64,000 nucleotides of DNA. It comes from Octopus sinensis (Eukaryota). The stretch's first letter is position 1; every line of letters begins with the position of its first letter. The stretch covers positions 96,472,001 to 96,536,000 of the forward strand of contig NC_043000.1 in assembly GCF_006345805.1 (NCBI RefSeq). The letters are read 5' to 3'. Made by a program: the position numbers and the translations under genes. Shown one piece after another: positions 13,663 through 25,314 of the stretch. Below the pieces are notes generated by a model. The model was not told the DNA's origin. It saw only the letters and a program-made list of their open reading frames with translations, and did not search any database.

Positions 13663-15936
13663 TTCTAGATGCAGCTATTTCCCCACATCTGCTAACTGAA
13701 TTAAACTTGATGCGGGAATATGGCATTATCAAAAAAGTAAATGCAGAGTTGTTTTGTTTCAGACTTAAAGAGAGTCTTCTTCAGTCAAACTCCATTCTTT
13801 CCTATTTTTGTCAACGTTATATGGAGTATTCATTATTTTATAAGAGAGGCGTGGTTGTTTCTGCAGTGTTATTCGAGGGTTTTGATGTAAGAGATTGGAC
13901 GTAATATTTCTCCTGAAGAGAGGAGACATTTCATTAACTGTAATAAAGTGAGTTTTAACGTTGTTCTGTGGCACAATATCAAAGTGAATTCTCCAATATT
14001 TGTGGCATGTGCTCCTATTATTATTTAAGATTTACTAACATGAAACACGCCAAAGAAAAGTTGTGTAGTCTGCTTACGCAATAGAAGCCAAGCAGAAAAA
14101 GAAGTTAAAATCTTGTTTGTCATCTGTTATCCAAAATAATGATTATTTTAAAGAAATATTCATTCTAACATTTGATACGAGGCCACAAACGGTATTGATC
14201 GAAAATTATTTAAACCGATCCTGGAAACTGATTTCATCAAAATTTGAACTCAGGACGTTGATCCAACAAGGTGTTTTGTTCGATCGTCTGTTGATTCGTC
14301 CTTTATGACTTACGTACAATGACCAAATAGGAGCAGTATGGCCAAATGATTAAGAAGTTCGCTTTACCACCACGATGTTTCGAGTTCGATCCTATTGTGA
14401 GACATCTGGGGCAAATATCATCTTCTATAACCTCGGGTAGATCTATAGCTTCTTAATGAAACTGTGTTGACTGAAACTGTACAGGAGTTCATCGGGTAGA
14501 CACGCACTTTACACTTCAATTCAGTATCAGTAATTTCCGTTGATCGAGCAACAAAATCCTTATCGTCGAACGACAGAAACTCATCAGCACTACCAACACC
14601 ACTACAAAATGCCTCAAAATTTGTGAGGAGATTACAATCGATTATATCGAACGTTAGTACTTCACTGCTATTTATTTTATCGATCTGTAAATGATGAAAA
14701 GCAATATCGACTCCAGCAAGATTTGAACTCAGAAAGTAAATAATTACGGCGCTTTATCAATCATCCGGTAGTTCATAACCTGTCTGGAGCTCTATCAGTT
14801 AGTCTTTGTTAAATCAAATATTGGCTTCAGCAGAAGAGAAAATGAAGAAATAAAGAAAACACACTTTAATTTTCCTTTCATTTAATTTAATTTTAGGTTT
14901 AGTTGATGCATTTGTATTGCAATTAAACTGATTTGAACTCTCACTTAGACAAGAGCTGGCAAACATCTCAGAGACTGGGCGAGGAGAAAAAAAGAGAAAA
15001 GTAAGCGAACGAAAATAACACATCTGCTTACGACACATTTTCGACTCACGTTTTGAAGCCTTTTCATTTTAATTTCACTGTTAGAACTCTTGGTATCAAC
15101 ATTTTTCGTTAATAAATCTAGGTATGTATGTATGCTTAAGTTAAATAAGCATCTTAGTTTCAATACGGCGACTTTTAGCGAATCATTACTGTGGAAGGAA
15201 TTTATCAATCAACCAAGTCTACAACTAAGATTCCTTGTTTCACGATTTCCCTTTTACTTGGTTCGTGAATGAACCAATGAAAGAAGCCGGTGCACGACCG
15301 TTTGGCCTGCCACGATTGGGATCTAAATCATCCTAAAAAGGATAGGTTGGATAATGTAGTCCACAATATCTGACAATTTATTTGATGGGATGGTCATGGT
15401 TGGTGACACCTCTGATCAAATGACTGTTCAATCGGGACCGCTATAGCTAAACAACAACAATTAGAACTATAGCAATAACTTCGTGAATATTCTTAGAGAA
15501 ATTCTGAAGGTAAAACATTTCCCCTGAAGCCATAAGCGTATGATTAAGAACTTCGTTTCTCCACCACATGGTTCCATGTCCCATTTTTGGCAAGTGTTTG
15601 TTCCGTATTTTTGAGTTGAACAATACCTCGTGAGTGTAATTTAGTAGAAATAAATTGCGTAAAGCAACAATTTGTATATATCTTAATACATAAAAATCAC
15701 TGTATGGAGATATGTTCAACGTTGCAGACAACTGTTTTATACCAAGGTAGCTGAAGTTTTACGCAGGTTATTTCTTTCCGAGGTTAATGTCTAGATTATG
15801 AGATTTTTTGAAACAAAGGAAAAAACAACAACATACAAACAAACATTAATAATGAAGAATGAATATTTTACAATAGAATGAAATAGCCTCGTGACGAATT
15901 AATACAAACATACATACATACATGTACATACATACA

Positions 15937-15982
<46 letters not shown>

Positions 15983-16035
15983 AAATTAAAAAAGGAAAAT
16001 ACGCACACTTACATAGTTTTAATATAATTTTTAAT

Positions 16036-16070
16036 ATATCGACCGGTTTCGCTATCGCTATTCATGATAT
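16036..16070 (-). ncRNA. Minimal type-I hammerhead ribozyme motif, A3-U8 core
   Basis: Minus strand ATATC-ATGAATA-GC-GATA-GC-GAAA-CCGGTC-GATAT. Stems I, II and III all form; GUC site. Confidence 0.65.
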
Positions 16071-16199
16071 TATGTTTTACTTGTTTGATTATGTATTTTT
16101 TCTTAAGAATAAATTTTGTCCATGTTGTGTGTGATGAAATTCACGAGTAAATGACTTCACACAACTCACGACGTGGAGATAATCGAAATTCCTCTTTTC

Positions 16200-16202
16200 T
16201 GT

Positions 16203-16269
<67 letters not shown>

Positions 16270-16295
16270 ACTACTACTACTACTACTGCTACTAC

Positions 16296-16325
<30 letters not shown>
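16200..16325. repeat. (TAC)n(TGC)n(TAC)n(TA)n compound microsatellite
   Basis: Read directly. Confidence 0.97.
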
Positions 16326-16326
<1 letters not shown>

Positions 16327-16409
16327 AAGGGTGAAAAGGAACACACGAGTTGATATATATGAAAGAACAAGTCAAAATAGAAAATGCTAAAATAATTTTA
16401 TAAAGAACA

Positions 16410-16453
16410 TTTCAGTACCGGTTTCGGTCATTTTGAGACCTTTTCAACTGTAA
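16410..16453 (-). ncRNA. Minimal type-I hammerhead ribozyme motif, U3-A8 core
   Basis: Minus strand TTACAG-TTGAAAA-GGTC-TCAAAAT-GACC-GAAA-CCGGTA-CTGAAA. GUA site. Confidence 0.65.
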
Positions 16454-16649
16454 CGATTAAATAATTAAATTTAGAAAAATTAGAAGAAAAGTTTTTTAAA
16501 GGAATATTTGTATAGTGTTCAGATATAAATGGCATTCTGCCTTTCTCTGACTCCCTTGTTTGCACTTGTGTGTTCGAGGTCATTGTGAATTCTTGGTAGA
16601 GTAGAAGAAGAAGAAGGCTGATGAGGAGAGGGAGTGGAAAAATTTGGGA

Positions 16650-17648
16650 GTGCCTTGATTGTTGTATTTTGAATGGTCAGTGACGGCTAGCAGTTGCAGT
16701 TCAATTCAGGAGAATATTTCTATTGAGAGGTTTGTTTATGGAATTTGCGTGGGTGTTTTACTAAAAGCATTAGTGATAAAGTTAAGAGGTAGAAGGTGTC
16801 CTTCTAGCTGGACATCTATCACAGGACCAGGAAAAGATACTCTTCTTGTCAATGGTGCTGTTATTCTCAAGCATAAGGGAAATGTTCCTACTCATTGCTT
16901 TTTTGCTGACATGATGCATGCTTCTTCTCGAAGCTTCTGTTTAGGTAGGCTACTCCAGCCTCCTTTGGATCGCATGAAACAGATGTATTCTCAGAGTACC
17001 TGCTCAGTAGTCTCGATCACCGGTCCAAGAGAGGCTACTCTTCCTGTCAATGCTATTGTTATTCTCTAGCACAGTGGTTTTAAACCAGGGTTCCGCGGAA
17101 CCTTAGGGTTCCGCCAGTACAGTGCAGGGGTTCCGCAAGAAGTTACAAAACTGCTAAAATCGGCAGTAACTTTTAATTCTCCTGTGCAGATATGTGTGCA
17201 TAAGACTATTAAATTATTGCACAGGGGTTCCTCGAGCCAGTGGAATGTTTCCTTGGGGTTCCGCTCCAGCAAAAAGTTTGAAAAGCACTGCTCTAGCATA
17301 TGGCATATGTCCCTATTCATTGCTTTTTGTTGATATACTGCATGCTTCTCTTCGAAGCTTCTGTTTAGGTAGGCTGCTCTAGCCTGATTTGGGTCGCATG
17401 AGACAGATGTACTCTCAGAGTACTTGCTCAGTGGTTTTTACCCTACTTTGAGGATTTTTCATTTGAGCATACACAGAATGTACTCATTTCTTTCTTTATT
17501 GTTCAGCAGGTGTTGTCTGAGCAATTACAGTACGACATTCAAAGGCTGTTTGGACTGGCCTTATGCCTCAGTCACCATCTCCTCGTCTCACATAGATCCT
17601 GTCGGTGTCGCTGTTGATGTGGAAGTTGCCTTTGGTGGTCATTATCTT
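16650..17648 (-). mobile_element. R4/Dong-like fragment with internal duplication and MITE insertion
   Basis: Minus strand reads NFHINSDTDRIYVRR (DRLY..R..GGRG region), then IDKKSIFSW...LEG, homologous to the 6378 copy. Confidence 0.7.
17072..17290 (+). mobile_element. hAT MITE (219 bp)
   Basis: TIRs CAGTGGTTTTAAAC and GTTTGAAAAGCACTG. Perfect 8-bp TSD CTCTAGCA (17064-17071, 17291-17298). Internal GGGTTCCGC repeats. Confidence 0.93.
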
Positions 17649-17649
17649 T

Positions 17650-17862
17650 GTATGTATGCATGTATGTATGTATGTATGCATGTATGTATGTATGTATGTA
17701 TGTATGTATGTATGTATGTATGTATGTATGTATGTATGTATGTATGTATGTATGTATGATGTATGTATGCATGTATGCATGTATGTATGTATGTATGTAT
17801 GTATGTATGTATGTATGTATGTATGTATGTATGTATGTATGTATGTATGTATGTATGTATGT
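17650..17862. repeat. (GTAT)n microsatellite
   Basis: Read directly. Confidence 0.97.
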
Positions 17863-18012
17863 CATTATTCAGTTTATTTCAAGATTTCTTGCCAATAGAG
17901 AAAGAACCGGTTTCTAACCTAGATCCAAGGTTCCTTCATTGGAATTTCAACATACAGTTGCATATCTAGACATGCTCATATGTATTTAAATGATAAACTT
18001 CAGGAAAGTTTT
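17862..18012 (-). mobile_element. 5'-truncated 3' end of the R4/Dong-like LINE
   Basis: Reverse-complement homologue of 7060-7230 (GAAATTCCAATGAAGGA...TCTCTATTGGCAA...CTGAATAATGAC). (TACA)n on both sides. Confidence 0.8.
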
Positions 18013-18402
18013 GTATGTATGTATGTATGTATGCATGTATGTATGTATGTCTTCGTGTGTGTACCTTTGTGTTTATGACTGTCCCCACATTGCTTGATCC
18101 CCTGCGATTTATCCGACTGAAAACCCTTCGAGGTAGTGCTCCAGTATGACCGCAGTCTAATTACTGAAACAAGTAAAAGATAAAAGTCAACACGCAATAA
18201 CAACGATGATTAATTAAATTACATCGTGGCCTGAAACGATTCAAGGGAAACAACTGGTACGAGACTAACGAGAACTGCGATGTTAAAAAAAAAACACGGG
18301 AGTTTCACAGAACCGAGTTAAAAGGATTAAATTGAAAGAAAGAAAAGATACTGCTTAACTCCGAGAAAATATGCTGCCAAGATGAAGAAATAGAATGAAA
18401 AC

Positions 18403-18686
18403 TCTGTTGTGTCTGGGGAGAGTCATTTCCTTTTTGTGCCTTATAATTTAACACACTCACCGGTAAAATTTCCACTTATTTCTTATTCTTATTTTCCTAA
18501 AATTTTCGTTGCGTCTTGCAACCTTTTCAATAGTCTTTTAGGGAAATAAAAATAAGAAATAAGTGGAAATTTTACCGGTGAGTATGTTAAATTATAAGGC
18601 ACAACAAGAAAATGACTCTCCCCAGACAGAATATTCTTCAACGCACGAACTCATATAAAGAATCTTGCAAACCAAATCCAAAAACA
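18403..18686. mobile_element. Inverted two-arm Penelope pLTR-like insertion with 15-bp TSD
   Basis: Arms at about 18403-18536 and 18541-18686 are inverted homologues. TSD AAATAGAATGAAAAC at 18388-18402 and 18687-18701. Confidence 0.7.
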
Positions 18687-19119
18687 AAATAGAATGAAAA
18701 CGTTTTATCAAATTCAAGGAAAAGAAGAAAAACGACAGGAAGCTGAAAACATGATAACAGTTCACAATTTTACAAAATAATTTTACTGCAAGTTTCTCTA
18801 TTAATAAATATGTTGAGTTGTCAGATAAATTCGTTCGTTTACACACTATATTTTTGTTTCAATTGAAATGATATTGGAAAAAGTTAAAATAAATAAACAA
18901 AAATAAGGGAGAGGGGGAGAACAAATTTATATGAACGCAATGTTTTATTTTCCATCCAATTTTTGCGACATTTATATCCTCGCATTCACTTTTTGAACAC
19001 CTTTCATGCTTCAATGCTTTTTGCACATCTACCACTTTTATTATTTTTTTTATATAAATATTTTTCATATTTTACTTTGACTGCGTCCATGAATCTCAAA
19101 CGTTCTATTTCTTACAACC

Positions 19120-19340
19120 GTTTCTTCTTCTTCTTCTTCTTGGTTGGTACGCAGGATGGAGCGCCTGCCACTGAGGAAGCGCAGTGCGCTGAAACCATGT
19201 GATTTGGCACCCGTACCAGACTTTCTCATCTGCTACAATATATATCTGTGTTCTTAGCACTGTCCGTCTGCATGATAGGACCTTTGAAACCGAATAGCGC
19301 AATATTCGACGTTCTAATGATATATCCACGTTTACTAGGA
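19120..19340 (-). mobile_element. Degenerate RTE-like 3' end with (AAG)n tail
   Basis: ERRILR start and an (AAG)n tail on the minus strand. Confidence 0.45.
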
Positions 19341-19379
19341 TATAATGATTATCTTTCGGTGTTAATACTGCTTCAGTAG

Positions 19380-19427
<48 letters not shown>

Positions 19428-19433
<6 letters not shown>

Positions 19434-19632
19434 GTAAAAAGTGAAAAAAACTACAGAAGGCTTAAAGGTTAAAAAATATATATATTTGCGTCAATATGTC
19501 TGAAGAATATTAAAAAAATTTTCTTATAATGACATAATTTTGAAGAAAGACCGGTTTCGCGTTTAGCTTTTCAAATATATATATTTTTTAACCTTTAAGC
19601 CTTCTGTAGTTTTTTTCACTTTTTACTATTTT
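19428..19632. repeat. Perfect 61-bp inverted repeat with 83-bp spacer
   Basis: 19428-19488 is the exact reverse complement of 19572-19632. Confidence 0.95.
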
Positions 19633-19677
19633 CTAATATTCAACCACGTGCTTCACAAACCAACTTACTTATCTATA

Positions 19678-19783
<106 letters not shown>

Positions 19784-20215
19784 GCTGTTGTGTCTGGGGA
19801 GAGTCATTCTCTTTTGGCGCTTTTTAACACACTAACCGGTAAAATTTCCACTAATTTCTCTTCTATTTTTCTAAAGTTTTCGTTGCGTCTTGCAACCTTT
19901 TCAATAGTTTTGACTCTGTCTGTTATTCACACTGCGTTCCATTTTCCTTGCTTGTGCGCATGTGTGTAGATCAGTGTGTGTGTGTGTGCACAAAAAACCC
20001 AAAAAGGAACGTAGTGTGAGTAACGAACAGAGTCAAAACTATTGAAAAGGTTGCAAGACGCAACGAAAATTTTAGGAAAATAAAAAAGAAATAAGTGGAA
20101 ATTTTACCGGTGAATGTGTCAAAAGGCACCAAAAGAGAATGACTCTTCCCAGACACAATAGAATATGCTTCAACACACGAACTCACATAAAGAATCTCGC
20201 AAACCAAATCCCAAA
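19784..20215. mobile_element. Head-to-head pair of the same pLTR-like family, within (TA)n
   Basis: Arms at about 19784-19967 and 19975-20215 are diverged inverted homologues of 18403-18686. A further relic lies at about 33380-33500. Confidence 0.7.
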
Positions 20216-20307
20216 CGATATATATATATATATATATATTGTAAACTATTTTTAACAGTGGAACTAGATATATATATATATATATTGTAAACTATTTTTA
20301 ACAGTGG

Positions 20308-20387
<80 letters not shown>

Positions 20388-20927
20388 TGTATGCATGCAT
20401 GCATGCATGTATGTATGTTTGTATGTATGTATGTATGTATGTATGTACGTAAATAATACTATGTAAAATAATGGGTTTTCCTTGGAGGTAAAATAGTCGA
20501 AGTCTGTCCGTCAGACTCGAACCACATCTTCTGTAAAGATGACAGCTCTATTAATAATAGTTTTAATTACTTCGAGTTTCTCCGCTAAACATAGTATACT
20601 TCCTCTATTACGGAGTTTCTAAATTCTGATAATGTAAACATTTTACAACTTGCGCTTATAAGACCAATACTGGTAAAATTGACCCCTGTAATTCAACGTT
20701 CTGCTTTGATATAACGGTTAGCACGTCTATCGTGTTCGTTGTAGACCAGGTTTGAATTTCAGGGGCTACTTTTACCTTTCTTTTCATCCAATGACCTTTT
20801 TTTAACCTTTTATTCTATACGCTTTTATGTATATCTTTATCTATTTCGAATTCTGCTATTAAAAATATCGAATTCTGCCATTAAAAATATGTTTATGTGT
20901 CTCGAAGTTTCAAAATTTTTATAATAT

Positions 20928-21050
<123 letters not shown>

Positions 21051-21807
21051 TAAGAGTGTATATATGTATGTAAATATGTCATAGAAAGGCTCCGAAATGG
21101 TGCGCCCTTGAAAAAAAAAAAAAAAACAGATTTGATTTTGGAAATCTGTGCCCCAATGACAACGTATTCGGTTATAATTAATGAAAAAAAGTTTATTTTC
21201 TACAAGAAATAACTCAACTTTTAGAACAACAAATCTCCCACTCTCTATCTCTCACCGTCAGGCTCTCCCTCTCTTTTATGCCTTTCCCCTCTCTATATAT
21301 TTACCACACTCTTTATCACTCTTTGCATATGTATATCTCACGCGCATGCTACTCCCCTGTTTCTTGGTATGACATGTTATTTTCATTTTTTTTAAAACTT
21401 CGTCGTCGTAATGTTTACTTTCATTTACTGATAGCTATCACACCGAAAATGCTAGCTTCCAAATCCTGTTTTCTGATTGGGTAAAAATGATCAAATTTGA
21501 AACCTCTGTAACATTTTTCTTAAATTTTTTTTCTGGAATATATTGAGTCCCAAAATCGGATTCAGAGTGCTAAAGCACATCAATATACAAAATTTGAAAA
21601 TTTTCACTTGACTTTGAAATTTCAAAATCTGTTACAGCAACAGAAAAGACCTTTTTCTCTTCTCTCTCTCTCTCTGTCTTTCTCCCCCCTCTCTCTCTTT
21701 CATTTACGCTTTTCTCGTTGTAAACTTTCCCCTTCTCTATATACATTTACCACACTCTCTCGCTGTAAATGTAAATCGCTGACGCTGAATGTGTGTCTAT
21801 GTGTGCG

Positions 21808-22057
21808 CGCGGGTTCCTTCTCGAGCCATGCCAGGCTCATAAGGGCCAGCTTCCCGGTTTCAGTGACGTAGAATTTCCCCACCTTGACAGGACCCGGTTC
21901 GCCGCAGGATTACTCATTTTTGCCAGCTGAGTGGACTGGAGCAACGTGAAAATGAAGTGTTTTGCTCAAGAACACAATGCATCGCCCGGTCCAGGAATCG
22001 AAACTACAACCTTGCGATCATGAGTTCAACACCCTCACCTCTAAGCCACGCACCTCC
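21808..22057 (-). mobile_element. tRNA-derived SINE family C
   Basis: Minus strand GTGGCTTAGAGG (A-box), GTTTCGATTCC (B-box), then GTGTTCTTGAGCAAAACACTT...CCACTCAGCTGGCAAAAATGAGTA. Confidence 0.8.
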
Positions 22058-23899
22058 ACGCGCGGGTGCATGTGTGTAAGGAATTTCATGAGGACGACCG
22101 ACTCGAAGATCCTCACAAAGCATCAGCAACGAGCTAAGAAAACATCTTTTTACATCTATGCACCAAATGGAAAAACAAACACTAAGTATATAAGTGTGTT
22201 ATATATTCCCCCAAATAAGGCAGAAGTCTGTCATGATCAAAAAGCTTATCCGTCAGAGAAGACATGGTCTGACATGGAGCAAAAAATAATTGAAATAAAG
22301 GCATTCTGTTATGAGAATTGCCCGGCAACGACGGGTTACTCAGCTAGTGTGTGTGTGTGTGTGTGTTCAAATATAAACTAGAAGCAGCGCTTGTGTTGTA
22401 AACATTATCGATCGCACATATTCATTGGATGTGCTTTTCTTGTTCGCCAGGAGACTGCAGCCAGGATGACCCCCGCAAAGTGCCGGGTATTAGAACACTT
22501 GAAAGTCATAGACCCCCCCGATACACACACACACACAAACACACACATTCTTCATGCTTGAAGACATTTCGCTTCATCTAATTCTTTCGCTCACTTATTA
22601 TCTATCTATCTGACTGCTTGTATCTATGTATGTCTTCTTCACACTAACTTTCCGTCTACCTCGTACACACTGTCTACCTTGTACATACTACATCTATCTT
22701 TCACAACACTTATCTACCTAAGTCTCTTTTACACTCTTTAGAAGTCTATGTCTTTCACATTTTACCTATCTCTGTGTCTCTTTCACACTTTACCTATTTC
22801 TGTATCTCTCTCTCACACCTCTTTCTGCCTAACTGTCTATATATTTCACACTTTATCTCACATTGTGTCATGCACACTCTGTCGAATCGTCTATCTTTCG
22901 TAAGTTCTATCTATTTAGCCATGACTAACATATCAGTGTATCTTAGTTCATAGACATCCTCAGTTTCAAAGTGACATTTTTTATGTGTATGTGCATGTAT
23001 GCGTATGTATGTGTGTAATTATACATAGAATACATACTACGCTTGTGTCTGTCTGTCTGTATGTATGTAAGGATATATTTTTAATTTTATAATTATCATT
23101 ATTTTTCGGATTGTTGTTGTCGGTGGCATTGAAAAAAGTGATAAGGAGACCCAACGCACATGACCGAGGTTGCTAAGTTTAATGACATCTTTGGAATAGA
23201 AATACCTTTAACTGTTCTTTAATTTACATCACTCTGCTATCCACCCTCGTTGATTGAGAAATCATAGTCCCACCCACTGTACATTTCTAAGATGTTGGTA
23301 ATTCTGATTAGAATTTCCAATTGTTGATGATCTACTCATTGGTGAACATGTCACTGCTCGCTTATTTATTTGGTTTGCCTGATGAGTTGAGAGTTTTGTA
23401 TACCTCACTGTACTATGCTTACGTCACACACACACACAAAAACAAGACTCTTAAGGAAACAATTGTAGCAATACCAGATAACCTATTTATCTATTTTTAT
23501 TATGTTTTCAGGCCCCGCTTAAGGATCCATTTATCATTGGATACTTTTGGATAATATCGGAGTTGTGGATTACCTAACAACAGTGAATTTCCCTTCATCA
23601 ATGCATTCTTTGCTATAATAATGAATTACTTTACTGTCTGTTTTGTGTTATTCTGTCTGGCCAATTTGTGAAGTACCTCACTTTGATATGTCTCGATCCT
23701 TTACGGAGGCCTATAATCAAAGTTATACATTCATACATATAGACATAGATTGTAACAATGAAACAACAGCTGCAGCAGAGGAAAGATACCAGTAACTATC
23801 TTGTCCAAGTTTGTGACCATGAAATCAACAACATAGGATAGCTAATGAAATTGAGACGACGTATGAAATAAGAGCTGATATAGACATCTCCCCAAGGAG

Positions 23900-24700
23900 C
23901 ATTGGTAAAAACTATTTATCAGAACAACAGCAGAAAAAAATGGAGCAGTTCATGATAAGATAGAACATGGGTACTTGGCACGTAAAACATAAGCCATAGA
24001 CGGGATTGATTATTTCAAAAGCTTGGCATGGTGTACCAACAAGTTTATAATATCCCGCTTTGAAGGCTACATCATTGCTATCCACGAGCAAGAGTCTCCC
24101 CACCAAATACCTACAGCATAAAAGGCAGAAAACGTTGACAGACAACAAATGTAGGCTGTGCAAAACCAAGAATGAAGCCATCAACCACATTATTGCCAAC
24201 TGTGAGTGAATGTTTTCCAAATATTATCTTCTTATGAGGCATAATGCGGTGGCCAAAACGATCTGGAACACGATAATAAAAAAGAAAATACTTACAACGA
24301 AGTTGACTTTATTGAGACCGATGAGACAAATGAATATTAGTGGAACTTAAAAATTTATACGTGGGACCATAAAGTAAGGATATGCTCCATTGTGGAAATC
24401 AGTCGCCCTTTGGTCACCAATGAGGTTAGAAAACTACAAGAGGACATCTACGGACCATTGATAAGGAGTTTGCAAATCCAGTACCGAAGATGCACTTTCA
24501 GCTTCATACTTATTATTTAGGAGAAACAGGTTACGTACTAACTCGCCTGGAGCAAAGTATGGCTGAACTTGGGATACTGGACAGAAAATGCAAATCTTTA
24601 ATTGATATGCTACCAATGATCACAATATCTGGGGCTATAAAAATCTACAAGACATTAAGATTTAAGGGATGATGGTTAGAACAAAATACTTTTTTTCACA
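23900..24700 (+). mobile_element. R4/Dong-like fragment, diverged
   Basis: FEGYIIAI, CRLCK..NEAINHIIANC, MRHNAVAK and RLE C-terminal motifs, with frameshifts. Confidence 0.8.
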
Positions 24701-25123
24701 ACCTTGCTACCAAGTCGGTGGCCGATCAAAATTTACTCTAAAATTAAAGACAAAGATGCACACATACATACATACGTTATATTACCATATACATCTGTAC
24801 TATATTTTGAAAAAGAGTAGTTATGTGCCTTTACGTAATTAAAATTAATTTTTTGGTACAACACAATGTCGCGTATTTAGGAGAATGGGTACTGTCGATT
24901 AGATCGTACAGGGCATAGCTTTCCTGTTTTATTTTATCGACATTGTAAAGGTGACAATCTAAGTTGACCCCAGTGGCATTAGAACTCCGAACGAGATTGC
25001 TGTTGAGTTATTCGATGATATAGCTGAATGCACCAATGATCATAGGTACATACCTAAATTATAAATTTAGAAGCTGTTGTCAATTAATACAGGCACACAC
25101 ACGTATGTATGTGTATATATATG

Positions 25124-25196
<73 letters not shown>

Positions 25197-25231
25197 GTAT
25201 GTATGTATGTATGTATGTATGTATATTATAT

Positions 25232-25265
<34 letters not shown>

Positions 25266-25266
25266 A

Positions 25267-25310
<44 letters not shown>
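25124..25310. repeat. (TCTA)n(GTAT)n(TA)n compound microsatellite
   Basis: Read directly. Confidence 0.95.

Positions 25311-25314
<4 letters not shown>

Noticed and set aside
20235-20310. About 30-bp direct duplication between (TA)n runs
   Set aside because: Explained by slippage at microsatellites or local assembly error.
23508-23575. Acceptor-like TTTTCAG followed by APLKDPFIIGYFW...
   Set aside because: No partner exons or homology; adjacent to LINE debris.
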